A program made the position numbers and the translations under genes. The notes beneath the pieces are model-generated. The model ran no database searches. It was not told the DNA's origin and was given only the letters and a program-made list of their open reading frames with translations. DNA of 64,000 bases from a virus (Duplodnaviria > Heunggongvirae > Uroviricota > Caudoviricetes): IMG/VR virus record IMGVR_UViG_3300021431_000002; one strand, given 5' to 3'. This document shows, piece by piece, positions 1-9,908 of this stretch (the first letter of the stretch is position 1; every line of letters starts with the position of its first letter).

Positions 1-265
1 AAAAGGTGGTTTTTAATGAGTTGTCCACCGCAACCCTATATCTTATAAGTAAGGCACTTATCGCTATAAGTTTTAGGTTTTGTTTCAACCTCTGAACCTT
101 ACCTAATGTCTCAATGTCTATCGTTTCAAAGACAATGCAAAGATATGAAAAAAATCTGAAACTACCAAACAAACTTGCGCATTTTAACAATTTTTTAGAA
201 ATTAATCTCTCCAAAACAGTACTAAAAGAAATAGATAGCACAATAATATCAATTCAATCATTATA

Positions 266-592
266 TTACAATTCTATATACTCAATCAACGTGAATATGT
301 GAGAGACGATTGCAGAATATAGAAGAGGATTGCTCTCCAATAGGCTATGCAAGGTGACAAAGAATGTATCATCCTCTTCGTCTATAAACCAACATACAAG
401 ACCCTTGTCGCTTGTCTCTATCTTTAAAAACTCCACATTATATCCTATGCCATCAATGTCAAGACCATTGGTGAAAATGGATGGCAACTTAGGAGTTATC
501 TCAAATGCAGTGCCGTTATACTCGCCAAATGCAATCACCGCAACTGAACAGAGGATTTCTGTCATTCTGATGTTTTTTTCTGCCTTATTCAT
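266..592 (-). CDS. hypothetical protein
   Basis: 108-aa ORF coupled to the upstream gene; operon strand. Confidence 0.75.
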   Translation of the reverse strand: MNKAEKNIRMTEILCSVAVIAFGEYNGTAFEITPKLPSIFTNGLDIDGIGYNVEFLKIETSDKGLVCWFIDEEDDTFFVTLHSLLESNPLLYSAIVSHIFTLIEYIEL

Positions 593-791
593 TTCTGTCT
601 AAAATGTCTGTAATATCAGCGTCAATTCCACTAAGTTCACTTGATACCTTATCAAGCCTACAAAGAATCTCACAATTCACTTCACGGCACTGCGCTTTAC
701 GGATAATGCCTTGTACGTTGTGCGCAAGGTCTATCACCTCTTCTCTCGTCAGTTCAAGACCTTTTGTTCCTACTCTCGTTAATTTTGCCAT
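585..791 (-). CDS. hypothetical protein
   Basis: Start moved to ATG 791 (MAKLTRV), directly downstream of the promoter at 819. Confidence 0.75.
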   Translation of the reverse strand: MAKLTRVGTKGLELTREEVIDLAHNVQGIIRKAQCREVNCEILCRLDKVSSELSGIDADITDILDRNE

Positions 792-998
792 ATTTTTATC
801 TCTTTTTGTTTTACAATGCAAAGGTACGAAAAAAAATTGGATTGACCAAATATCAACCCAACTTTTTTTTATCATTAATTTTTTTTAATCGCTCTTGCAA
901 ACATATCAATTGATTTTACTTCCGATTGGCTCTTGATTAACTTTGTGTAATCAATCAATGGCTCTGCAAAAAAATACGCTACTACCATAATATATTAT

Positions 999-1322
999 TT
1001 AGTATCTATAAAGATTTTCCATTCTGTTATTGGTGTTATCTCCATCATAGTGACCAATTCTGTTGCCTTTGACCTTAAACCCATTATATCCATAATAAGT
1101 GGGTTTTTCTCCCTTTTTGAGACACCAATGGTTGTAAACAATCTGTGAAATGGTGTGTTGTTCCTTACCCCATATTCCGCAACATAGGAATATAGTCAAC
1201 TGGTTATGACACAATCTCGGTGCTCTCGGTTTAAGAACTTTTTTAGTCCTAATGTTCCTAATTCTACCCATATTTGATACCTCATACTTGGGCGCAAAGG
1301 TAATCTGTTTCCACGCTTCCAT
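999..1322 (-). CDS. NUMOD4/HNH endonuclease-like protein
   Basis: N-terminal WKQI..KYEVSNMGRIRN (NUMOD4-like); C-terminal HYDGDNTNNRMENL (HNH_3-like). Confidence 0.8.
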   Translation of the reverse strand: MEAWKQITFAPKYEVSNMGRIRNIRTKKVLKPRAPRLCHNQLTIFLCCGIWGKEQHTISQIVYNHWCLKKGEKPTYYGYNGFKVKGNRIGHYDGDNTNNRMENLYRY

Positions 1323-1325
1323 AAT

Positions 1326-1598
1326 CTATTTTGTTAAAAAACGTTCATACCTAAACTTCTCTGAATATAGTACATAGAATGACCTAAACAATTTATCAGT
1401 AGGTGTTTTTACAAGCGCAACCTTTGAAATTGTTTCCAAGAAATCATCTATGCAAGCATCAATATCAAGATGCTTATAATCTTTTGCATTTTCAATAGTA
1501 AGCCTTAGAGTATTATCCAAATGCTTTTTGGCATATTCCCTAAAACTTTGTTTTAATGCTTCTGCGGTTATTTTATCTTTCATGCCCAACGTCTCCAA
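1326..1598 (-). CDS. hypothetical protein
   Basis: 90-aa ORF in operon. Confidence 0.7.
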   Translation of the reverse strand: METLGMKDKITAEALKQSFREYAKKHLDNTLRLTIENAKDYKHLDIDACIDDFLETISKVALVKTPTDKLFRSFYVLYSEKFRYERFLTK

Positions 1599-1807
1599 TA
1601 TGCTTCTGCGCCAAGGAAGCCAAAATGTTCACGAACTCGGTGCTGCGTCGCATCGTTGCCTTTCGCATAGAATGTGGCTCTTTTATCCCACTTTCCACGC
1701 TTCTCGACACCATTATTGAAAACCTCTCCCACAAGGTTTCCCTTTGGTGTTTTCCAAATGACAAGCAATGCGCCATCGTCTTTTTTAAACATTGAAATCT
1801 TAACCAT
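1580..1807 (-). CDS. hypothetical protein
   Basis: Start moved to ATG 1807 (MVKISMF), just after the previous stop. Confidence 0.65.
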   Translation of the reverse strand: MVKISMFKKDDGALLVIWKTPKGNLVGEVFNNGVEKRGKWDKRATFYAKGNDATQHRVREHFGFLGAEAYWRRWA

Positions 1808-1818
1808 ATTCTTATTGT

Positions 1819-2103
1819 TTACTTTATGTTTTTCTCTACTATAAGCAGACAGATGTGTTCGCAAGACCATCCATCATGCTCGTTCACCAACTCTATGCAG
1901 CGGTCTGTGTCTTTTCTTAAAGCATAAACTTTCTGTCCGTTTTTCGCCACCTCGTCCAAATCAATGTTCTCGGTTGCTTTCTCGAAATATTTTTTCATCG
2001 CTTTCTTCGCATCCTCCAAGTTAAAGAAGATGTCTATCAGCGTGTCGGTTGAGTCATTCCAATCCCAACACTCATGAACGGTCAACGCAAATACATTTCC
2101 CAT
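1819..2103 (-). CDS. hypothetical protein
   Basis: 94-aa ORF in operon. Confidence 0.75.
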   Translation of the reverse strand: MGNVFALTVHECWDWNDSTDTLIDIFFNLEDAKKAMKKYFEKATENIDLDEVAKNGQKVYALRKDTDRCIELVNEHDGWSCEHICLLIVEKNIK

Positions 2104-2106
2104 AAT

Positions 2107-2244
2107 CTATACGTTTTTAAATTCGTTTGGTGTAAATTCGTCGTTTTCTGTATCTTTCTCACTCATGTGTATTGCCACACACCCAGCGATAAAGTCTTTG
2201 AGAGAAATTGTAGTGGCTTTCGAGTAGCCATGAAAGTTTTTCAT
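2107..2244 (-). CDS. small hypothetical protein
   Basis: 45-aa ORF after promoter 2289 and a GGAG leader; the start is ambiguous (two out-of-frame ATGs). Confidence 0.4.
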   Translation of the reverse strand: MKNFHGYSKATTISLKDFIAGCVAIHMSEKDTENDEFTPNEFKNV

Positions 2245-2362
2245 CCATATATTTTTATCTCCTTTTAATTGTTGTTTCTTTTGTAATGCAAAGGTACGAA
2301 AAAAAATTGGATTAGCCAAATGATTAACCCAATTTCTTCCAGTTTTTTACAATATTTAGCAT

Positions 2363-2635
2363 TTAACCCTTTGCATTAAGGTCGTAAGACCGATTGGTCT
2401 CTCGCAGATTAACCTTGAACTCACGTAGCGTCTTCTGGTAGCCACGCACCTTTTCACGACCCTTGATAAGTTCCTTGTTGAGCATAAATACATCATACTC
2501 CTTGCAAGGGTCAGCCCAGATGGGTGTAATCTGCTCACGCAACTGCTTGTTACGCTCTTCACGCTTCTGTAGTGAAACACGAATGTTCTTCTGCTGAATG
2601 CGAATTTCACGCATCTTCTCTAATTCCTTTGCCAT
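2363..2635 (-). CDS. hypothetical coiled-coil protein
   Basis: ATG 2635 (MAKELEKM); helical, charged sequence. Confidence 0.65.
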   Translation of the reverse strand: MAKELEKMREIRIQQKNIRVSLQKREERNKQLREQITPIWADPCKEYDVFMLNKELIKGREKVRGYQKTLREFKVNLRETNRSYDLNAKG

Positions 2636-2708
2636 AGTTTTATTCCAATTTGGGGGAGCGGTACTCAAACATTATTTTGTACTCGCCCCATGTTAATATT
2701 TTAATTGA

Positions 2709-3173
2709 TTATACTCGTCTTGTTGCAGTTTCAATGGATATGACCCTAATCTTCTCTTCTCTCGGTGTCTTTGTATACACCACTTCAAACTTCAATGAAT
2801 TAAGGAACTCACGCAACCCTCCTACAGATGTGTCTTGGGGAACATCAAGTTTCAGCCATATACTAACTGGTTCCTCTGTGACGAAACTTCCCTTTCGCAA
2901 CACCCCTACTTGCTGCAACACATATTCCTTAATCTGCTTTCTAAAGTACGGAGAAACAAACTGGTAAGCCTCAACGATGTCAAAACTATATACCCTTGTA
3001 TATGTAATCTTATCCTCGTCCTTATGGTATTCGACTTCAAGATGATAGGTGAGACCATCAGCGTCTTTCATATCATTAAAAACTACAACATAAGTGTCAT
3101 TATCAAGCCATTTTTCGTCTACAACTTCATAGACTACCTCTGGTGCTTTTTTACTTGTAAACTTCTTACCCAT
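2709..3173 (-). CDS. hypothetical protein
   Basis: 154 aa; own promoter (3209) and GGAG leader. Confidence 0.85.
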   Translation of the reverse strand: MGKKFTSKKAPEVVYEVVDEKWLDNDTYVVVFNDMKDADGLTYHLEVEYHKDEDKITYTRVYSFDIVEAYQFVSPYFRKQIKEYVLQQVGVLRKGSFVTEEPVSIWLKLDVPQDTSVGGLREFLNSLKFEVVYTKTPREEKIRVISIETATRRV

Positions 3174-3254
3174 ATCTTTATCTCCTTTTTATTTGTTGTT
3201 TGATGGTGCAAAGATACGAAATTATCTCCACACCACCAAATATTTTAAGGGTTT

Positions 3255-3521
3255 TTAACACTCAAAAAGAGTTATTACCTCAACACCAAAATCATATTGG
3301 TCAAGAACAGCGTATTCACAATAGGCAATCTGCTCTGCAATTTCTTTTGCGTGTTCACACATAAACACATTGCCTTGAAACACTTCTTTTAATTTCTCTG
3401 CAATGGTGCTGACACAATCCTTATGACGCATATCAATGTGCTCCTCAAAAGCACAAATTGTGCCTTTTGTGTTGTCACCGCCATCTACAAAATAAATGTG
3501 ATTTATCTTTTTTTCAGTCAT
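3255..3521 (-). CDS. hypothetical protein
   Basis: ATG overlaps the upstream stop. Confidence 0.75.
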   Translation of the reverse strand: MTEKKINHIYFVDGGDNTKGTICAFEEHIDMRHKDCVSTIAEKLKEVFQGNVFMCEHAKEIAEQIAYCEYAVLDQYDFGVEVITLFEC

Positions 3522-3888
3522 AGTCGCCACTAATTAAATCTGTTTCAAAAACACACTCTGCAATCAGTTGGTTGCGCTCTGCCCCCTCTGAATCACCTAA
3601 GAACTCGTCACCTCCATAAGGGGAAAGATACTCGCCCAATTCGTCAGCGTCATAATCGTTAACGTCAATCTCGTCTTGATACCAATCCTTGATTGTGGTC
3701 TTGTCATTCAGACTATCAAGCAACTTCTTTGAGCGTTCCTTACCCTCCATATCCTTGATTTGGATATATTCAAAGGTAGTCTCATTCACCTTGCGACAAA
3801 ATTGACCTTGGTCTGGGTCTGTGTTCGTCCACTCATTCACATCAAAGTGAATAGTTCCGTCTGAATTGAATTTGTTGTTGAACATCAT
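3514..3888 (-). CDS. hypothetical acidic protein
   Basis: 124 aa; own promoter (3917). Confidence 0.85.
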   Translation of the reverse strand: MMFNNKFNSDGTIHFDVNEWTNTDPDQGQFCRKVNETTFEYIQIKDMEGKERSKKLLDSLNDKTTIKDWYQDEIDVNDYDADELGEYLSPYGGDEFLGDSEGAERNQLIAECVFETDLISGDYD

Positions 3889-3976
3889 AATCTAATCTCC
3901 TATTCTTATTGTAGTGCAAAGGTACGAAAAAAATCTGAGACTACCAAATAAATCCCAGATTTTAACATATTTTTAA

Positions 3977-4498
3977 TTATTTTCTTTTCAAATTATATCT
4001 TTTTCCGCTTACACCAAACTCAAATTCAGTTGATGTGCGTTTATATATTTTGCCATAGTAATAACACCCACCACTTTGCTGATATGATTTGGCTTCTCTT
4101 AGGCAAGAAATATATTTATTAAGTTCATCTATCAGATATTGTCTTCTACTACCCCTTGCGGTTTCAAGTTCTTTCCTTATTTCATCTATCTTTTTTTCAT
4201 AATATTCAATGTCTTTTGAATAATCGTTTGTATCAATGGCATAGAATATAATTGTGTCATTTTCTATTTCGAATTGAATCCTTGAAGAATTTCCAGCAGC
4301 TACAGCAATACTACCATTGAAATTTCTAACTTCTACCCATCCATTATAGATAATGAAAGTAAGACCTCTTTCTGCATCAAACCATTCTCCGTTAAGGTAA
4401 GAATAGTTTTCTACTATTTCATCATCATCAGACGAACAACTTGTAAATCCAATCACCATTGTCATAAGGCAGACAATAAGCCATAATACTTTCTTCAT
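3977..4498 (-). CDS. putative Bacteroidota-type lipoprotein
   Basis: MKKVLWLIVCLMTMVIGFTS-C lipobox followed by acidic SSDDDE; LNGEW resembles the first strand of lipocalin-like domains. Confidence 0.7.
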   Translation of the reverse strand: MKKVLWLIVCLMTMVIGFTSCSSDDDEIVENYSYLNGEWFDAERGLTFIIYNGWVEVRNFNGSIAVAAGNSSRIQFEIENDTIIFYAIDTNDYSKDIEYYEKKIDEIRKELETARGSRRQYLIDELNKYISCLREAKSYQQSGGCYYYGKIYKRTSTEFEFGVSGKRYNLKRK

Positions 4499-4505
4499 AA
4501 TTCTA

Positions 4506-4757
4506 TTAATATTTAAGTTTACTTGCTTTTTCAAACACGTTAATTAACTCTTCTTTGGTGATTGCTTCAAGTGGCTTGTCACTTTTCTCAATATACTTCA
4601 AAACCGCTTTCTTACCACGTTTGTAGCCATTGATAACGTCTCTCGTATATTTCGTGCAAGCACTTGTGTAAAGCCTTTCCTCGTGATGCCTAACATCATT
4701 TGTCTCATAGAAATGATTGAAAATAGGCGCAACTTTCAATTTAACTTCGTAATCCAT
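4506..4757 (-). CDS. hypothetical protein
   Basis: ATG 4757, downstream of promoter 4788. Confidence 0.75.
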   Translation of the reverse strand: MDYEVKLKVAPIFNHFYETNDVRHHEERLYTSACTKYTRDVINGYKRGKKAVLKYIEKSDKPLEAITKEELINVFEKASKLKY

Positions 4758-4822
4758 AATCTTTCTGTTTTTAATTCTTTCGTAATGCAAAGGTACGAAA
4801 TTATTTTGAACTGGCAAAATTA

Positions 4823-4846
4823 AAAGGGGTATATTTCAACCCCTTT
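4823..4846 (-). terminator. hairpin terminator upstream of promoter 4788
   Basis: AAAGGGG...CCCCTTT inverted repeat. Confidence 0.55.
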
Positions 4847-4895
4847 AACAAACTTTCACAAATTCAACTCTTTTGGCTACACATCTTCACAGACT

Positions 4896-5555
4896 TTACC
4901 AATCTTCTATAAACCTTACATTTACAGATGTATCTTTTACCCCTTGGCTTGCAAGGTAATCGCCAATCACTTTTGCCAAACCCTCTTCAAACTGCTTTGG
5001 GTCTTTGATGCGCTTGCACTCCGTAGCGGTGTAAACCTCAAACTTCTCACGGAACTTGTATTCCTTTCTCACCAACTCAATGAACTCGTCATATTTGCCC
5101 TCGGAAAGCAAACCCGATTCTGTACTGAAATTAGCGTCAGTAAGTCTGTCCTCAATGAGAATCTTCATGCGCTTGTCAGCCTTTTGGTGCTCTTTAAGCA
5201 ACTTCATAAGGCTATCATAGCCATAGGCATAGTCACACTTAGAATTGGGTTTGTAAACGTATTTTTGACGTTCTTCGGCAGTGAAATAGATGGAATCGTC
5301 TTTGATGAAATTGTCAATACACTCCTTGCAATCCTTGATGTTGCTTGCCCATGCGACATAGTGCTGCGATGGTTTTTTCTCGTTGCCCTCTTTGCAGAAA
5401 TCGTAATGGACTTCCTTGCTCTTAGGCCAACTTGAATAACGTGATGGGTCGAACCAACTGCGCTCATACTCAATCTCCGTTACCCTAATAATGCGATAGC
5501 CATTATAAATGTCTAACGGCTCTCTGCTTGTCTTGTGACCACTTCTTACACTCAT
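4896..5555 (-). CDS. hypothetical protein
   Basis: 219-aa ORF; ATGA-coupled to the upstream gene. Confidence 0.85.
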   Translation of the reverse strand: MSVRSGHKTSREPLDIYNGYRIIRVTEIEYERSWFDPSRYSSWPKSKEVHYDFCKEGNEKKPSQHYVAWASNIKDCKECIDNFIKDDSIYFTAEERQKYVYKPNSKCDYAYGYDSLMKLLKEHQKADKRMKILIEDRLTDANFSTESGLLSEGKYDEFIELVRKEYKFREKFEVYTATECKRIKDPKQFEEGLAKVIGDYLASQGVKDTSVNVRFIEDW

Positions 5556-5791
5556 TTTGCACTCTCCTTTTTCAATGTTTCTAAGTTTCTGTCAATATAG
5601 TCCTTAACGGCTTCGAGAGAACGGCACACACTATCTTTAACTTTCATGTCACGCTTTGTTGCTCCCCTTGGAATAGTAACATAGAAATCACCATACCAAT
5701 TATTTCCAATCATGCAACCATACTGCCAAACATCAATACCCTTGTATCTTCCGCAGTAGTGCTTTTTGTTGTTGTTGAAAAATATTCCCAT
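5552..5791 (-). CDS. hypothetical protein
   Basis: 79 aa; own promoter (5819). Confidence 0.8.
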   Translation of the reverse strand: MGIFFNNNKKHYCGRYKGIDVWQYGCMIGNNWYGDFYVTIPRGATKRDMKVKDSVCRSLEAVKDYIDRNLETLKKESAK

Positions 5792-5954
5792 ATCTTAATC
5801 TCTTTTTGTTTTACAATGCAAAGGTACGAAAAAAAATTGGATTGACCAAATAAAAAACCCCAAAATGTCAGGCTTTTAACTTTCCTTAACATTTGGGGTT
5901 CAAAAGGAGAAAAGAATGAGAAAAAACTTAACAAGGTTATGAGGGGTTTGATTT

Positions 5955-6160
5955 CTTGTGTGGGCAATCCTTATCCTCTCTTTGCGATGGCTACCCAATC
6001 CCATCTTTCAACCCAACCTTGCTATAAGCAAAAGGAGAAACTAATTAGTGGTGGAGTTGCACTTTCCTTACTTGACTTACTGCCAACCTCTTACACAAAT
6101 GCGCATTGTGCGTAAAACGACCTACTCTTACCCTTATACGAGGTTATTTCTCCTTATATT
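5955..6160 (-). ncRNA. candidate structured non-coding element
   Basis: No credible ORF; long-range AAGGAGAAA/TTTCTCCTT stem enclosing hairpins; repeated RTAAG. Confidence 0.3.
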
Positions 6161-6169
6161 TTTATGCTT

Positions 6170-6565
6170 TTACTTCAACAATCTTTCGATTACTTTTTCG
6201 CAGTCCTCAAAATAGCAATGATTATTGTAACCACCACGATAATCTTTTTCATTCTTTGCAGTTCTGCAATACATTGGTGCAAGCCAATCTCCATTATTTT
6301 TCAAAACAACATGATTTCTTCCACCACGTCCACAACCATTGCTATAATTGAAATATATATACTTGTCGCTACACTTGATGAAGCCACTCATATCATAGTG
6401 ACCATACAATGGATTAACAACCTCACCATCAAGTGATTTAGCAATTTTCCTCATTGCATTAAAGAAAGCCACTTGAAATGAATGAAATTCCTTTGATACA
6501 TAACTACCATCGTCCTCTAAGGTACGACCATTCCACTTTCTGATAAATGCCTTAACGTCTGCCAT
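6170..6565 (-). CDS. hypothetical protein
   Basis: 131 aa; own promoter (6594). Confidence 0.85.
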   Translation of the reverse strand: MADVKAFIRKWNGRTLEDDGSYVSKEFHSFQVAFFNAMRKIAKSLDGEVVNPLYGHYDMSGFIKCSDKYIYFNYSNGCGRGGRNHVVLKNNGDWLAPMYCRTAKNEKDYRGGYNNHCYFEDCEKVIERLLK

Positions 6566-6666
6566 AATTCTAATCTTTAATTGTTTCGTGATGCAAAGGT
6601 ACGAAAAAAATCTGAATTAGCCAAGCCTTTTCACACTTTTAACAATTCCTAATTGGCTTTTAATGC

Positions 6667-6906
6667 TTAACGAATACGAATTACCAAAATACCATCATAG
6701 ACAGAGCAAGAATCCCTTGTCTCTCCCACCTTCATATCCTTGTAGTTCTCATAGTCGAAGCCATTTGCGTCAAAGTCATCCTCTGTATCAATGGCAATAA
6801 CGAAAGGCTCACCATCAGTCCAATTCTCAATTTCCTTTGTGCCAATTGCCACATACTTTGCGTTGATTGTGTTCAACTCTCCGTTCTTCAAAATGTTTTT
6901 TTCCAT
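6667..6906 (-). CDS. hypothetical protein
   Basis: 79 aa; own promoter (6935) and GGAG leader. Confidence 0.8.
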   Translation of the reverse strand: MEKNILKNGELNTINAKYVAIGTKEIENWTDGEPFVIAIDTEDDFDANGFDYENYKDMKVGETRDSCSVYDGILVIRIR

Positions 6907-7000
6907 ATTCTTTATCTCCTTTTGTTTTACAATGCAAAGGTACGAAAAAAAACTGATATAACCAAATGAAAAGGGAGAAAAAATCTCCCTTTAACATTCT

Positions 7001-7720
7001 TTAATCGTCCTCATAGAAAATAGCATGGGTTGCATCGAACATAAGATAGTAGTGCCCATTTCCACAATTTCTGTATTCCTCACTATACCAAGCAAGTTTT
7101 TCTCCGTCACGATTTGCAATCTCAACAGAATTGTCGTAGCCATTCTCCCAACGTCTGTGAAAATTTGTGCCGTTCTTGATACACTCAGCAACTTCTGCGC
7201 TCATGCGCTCACGTTCCCACTTGCTCCATGCGATAGACTTCCAACATCTTTTTCTCACAAAGGCTTCAAACACTTGATAGCCCCTCACCCAAGAATACTT
7301 GCCGTTTTCCTTGTAAACTTCGTGATAGAACAACTCATACGAATCTGTCATAATGGAGTTCACAAGTTCTCTCTGCTCCGCTTCTGATAGATTAAAGAAA
7401 TGCTCAATAGACTCTTTGATGTCTTTCCAAAGACCACTCTCGTTAAGCATTTTTAAGGCATCTGTGGCACGTTTAACGAAACGCTTGTAGTAATCAATCT
7501 CTTCATGCTCGACAAGTTTCAGTGTCGCCCAATCCTCGTAGTGGTCGCTCCAACTGCTCAGTTCATGACCCCACTTCTTTCTGCCTTTGCTCATGATGGC
7601 AATGCGTCCGTCTTCATGTAGCCACAAGCGAACAATTTTTGAACCGCCAGTGATAAGGTTTACACGATACTGCTTTGCGTGTTTGTTCTTTACGATTTCT
7701 CTGATTTCTTGTAATGTCAT
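7001..7720 (-). CDS. hypothetical protein
   Basis: True start ATG 7720 (MTLQEIR); the called N-terminal extension is translated promoter. Confidence 0.85.
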   Translation of the reverse strand: MTLQEIREIVKNKHAKQYRVNLITGGSKIVRLWLHEDGRIAIMSKGRKKWGHELSSWSDHYEDWATLKLVEHEEIDYYKRFVKRATDALKMLNESGLWKDIKESIEHFFNLSEAEQRELVNSIMTDSYELFYHEVYKENGKYSWVRGYQVFEAFVRKRCWKSIAWSKWERERMSAEVAECIKNGTNFHRRWENGYDNSVEIANRDGEKLAWYSEEYRNCGNGHYYLMFDATHAIFYEDD

Positions 7721-7854
7721 AATTCTTATCTCCTTTTGTTTTACAATGCAAAGGTACGAAAAAAACCTGATATAGCCAAATTTGTTAACACATTTTAATA
7801 AAAAAGTGGATGCAATTCGAAAAAATCGCACCCACGCAAAACAAAAAGAATAGA

Positions 7855-8271
7855 TTATGTATGTTTCTCAATCAAATCCCTAAACATAAAGGGATATGCG
7901 CTATTCTTCTTCTGGTCAGCAATCATTTTCTCAAAGTTTTTCTTCACATACTTTGAAAGAATGTCGTTTACACGCTCATCATACTTGAACTGGGGAATGA
8001 CAATCTGTGCGTTGGTTTTGCCCCTTGCGCCTTGTGTTGCCCTACGTATAAACTTCAACTGCCAAGGAAGATTATATTTCTCTTTGAGAATGCTCTCCAC
8101 GATGCCAATGATGCTTGCACCGCTATCCTTGAAATATGCCTTGCACATCTGATAGTTGGTGAGCAGACTCTCATTCTTCTGATACATTGAATATACCTTA
8201 TTTGCCTTGTCTTTGGCATAATTGGAAATGGCTTGCGCTTCCAATGCTTTACGTACCTTACTATTACTCAT
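7855..8271 (-). CDS. hypothetical protein
   Basis: 138 aa; own promoter (8300). Confidence 0.85.
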   Translation of the reverse strand: MSNSKVRKALEAQAISNYAKDKANKVYSMYQKNESLLTNYQMCKAYFKDSGASIIGIVESILKEKYNLPWQLKFIRRATQGARGKTNAQIVIPQFKYDERVNDILSKYVKKNFEKMIADQKKNSAYPFMFRDLIEKHT

Positions 8272-8364
8272 ATTCTAATCTTTTATTTGTTTCGTGATGC
8301 AAAGGTACGAAAAAAAATTGGAATAGCCAAATAAAATACAGATTTTTTTTTTCAAAAAAAATAA

Positions 8365-8466
8365 ATGGGAACAAACCTCCCCAAGTTCGTTCCCAATCAA
8401 TTTGAAAAGGTTTTTCTTCCTTATTATCAAAAGCGTTCCTCATTCACTTTTGATGGTCTTCCACTT
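8365..8466 (-). ncRNA. candidate ~100-nt small RNA
   Basis: Promoter (8472-8503) and terminator (8367-8394) bracket a 10-bp hairpin (8426-8454); no credible ORF. Confidence 0.4.
8367..8394 (-). terminator. intrinsic terminator
   Basis: GGGAACGAAC/GTTTGTTCCC stem followed by a T-rich tract on the minus strand. Confidence 0.65.
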
Positions 8467-8511
8467 CTTTGCAAAGATATAAAAAATCAATTTGAAAACC
8501 AAATATAAATA

Positions 8512-8976
8512 TTATTGGTTTGTGATTTTCTCCAACTCTTCGTCTGAAATTTTTATCTTATCAAACATTGGCTTATATTTCAAGCACTCTTCGTATGCCT
8601 TTTTCAACTTTGGGAGATTTACATTAGTTTCCCACCAAAGATAGAAAACAATATCATCATAGAGTTTCTGCAAGTCTTTCGTGAACATATCTTCAAGTTC
8701 AACTTTATGGATAATCTGCCCACTTCCAACTCTATAGCAGATTGGATAGCGCATAAAATACCAACCTCCCTCGCTTTTCTCTACTGAATAATCATAACGA
8801 CCCCAGCAATCAATGAAGAGATACTTTTTAGTTATTGCATGGTAGTTACGTCCATCATCACCTATTGTAGGTGTGCTTCCACGCTGCTTGATGTAGGCTT
8901 TAGAAAAGGTAAATTTCTTGTTGCCTATAATTCTGCGAATATTGTCTAAAAGTTCTTGTTTTTTTACTATATTCAT
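8512..8976 (-). CDS. hypothetical protein
   Basis: 154 aa; own promoter (9005). Confidence 0.8.
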   Translation of the reverse strand: MNIVKKQELLDNIRRIIGNKKFTFSKAYIKQRGSTPTIGDDGRNYHAITKKYLFIDCWGRYDYSVEKSEGGWYFMRYPICYRVGSGQIIHKVELEDMFTKDLQKLYDDIVFYLWWETNVNLPKLKKAYEECLKYKPMFDKIKISDEELEKITNQ

Positions 8977-9055
8977 ATCTCAATCTCCTTTTTATTTCGT
9001 GTTGCAAAGGTACGAAAAAAACGTGAACTGACCAAACAATTCACGTTAATTTTTG

Positions 9056-9469
9056 TTAATCCCATTCGGCAATATACTTATCTGTCTCGTTGTCGTAGAT
9101 GTTCACTTGAGGACACTTTGCACTTCTATAGAACTCTGCTGCCTTTTTAAGAGCAATGACTTCATTGTCTGTATCAATATGCTTGGCGGTTTCTTCAATC
9201 ACATCACCATTCTCATTCAACTCATAGCAATGCACAGAATAACGTGCTTCAAGTGATTTGATATACTTCGTTACGTTTCTGTTAACGTCATGGATAACAC
9301 CATCGCCCATTGTGGCGCAATAACGCTCTATATGGTTGTTTACTTCGTCCTCATGAACACCAGCATCAATGTCCATTGACTCCCATACAAGGGCATGAAT
9401 GAAATTCTTGAAAGCCTTTTTAACTTTTTCGTAGTCTTCGTAATTCTCTTTAATTCTAATCTTATCCAT
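9056..9469 (-). CDS. hypothetical protein
   Basis: 137 aa; GGAG leader. Confidence 0.85.
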   Translation of the reverse strand: MDKIRIKENYEDYEKVKKAFKNFIHALVWESMDIDAGVHEDEVNNHIERYCATMGDGVIHDVNRNVTKYIKSLEARYSVHCYELNENGDVIEETAKHIDTDNEVIALKKAAEFYRSAKCPQVNIYDNETDKYIAEWD

Positions 9470-9622
9470 ATCTTAATCTCCTTTTTAGTTATACCCCAAT
9501 TCATCACAAGCGGCTTTAATTGCATTGATACGTGCGTTTGTGCAAGCGTTGTTATAACCGCAGTTATCGTATGTTGCAGTCCTCCTATACTTTTTTGATT
9601 TATTACTAATTTAACAATGGGG

Positions 9623-9886
9623 TTATGCCACTCTGACTATCAGTCCGTAGTTGTCGCACCACCATTCTTCTTTGTAGTCCAACATCTGAATACACTCAAT
9701 GTCCGCATCCGTAAAGTTGCCATATCGTTTCAGCCACTTTGGTATCTCCTTTTCAGTACCTCGCACCAATGTCACCACCGAATCGTTCTCTTTCGTTGAG
9801 AAACCAATCAGCGCATAAGCACGTTTCTCCATGTTATCACCACCATAAATGTGAATGCGTGTGCAATGCCGTAAATATTTCGCCAT
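9623..9886 (-). CDS. hypothetical protein
   Basis: 87 aa; GGAG leader. Confidence 0.75.
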   Translation of the reverse strand: MAKYLRHCTRIHIYGGDNMEKRAYALIGFSTKENDSVVTLVRGTEKEIPKWLKRYGNFTDADIECIQMLDYKEEWWCDNYGLIVRVA

Positions 9887-9908
9887 AATCTAATCTCCTA
9901 TATTTGTC

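Noticed and set aside
9490-9620. Open frame ...KYRRTATYDNCGYNNACTNARINAIKAACDELGYN*
   Set aside because: No start codon after two in-frame TAA stops; probably a gene remnant, not callable as a CDS
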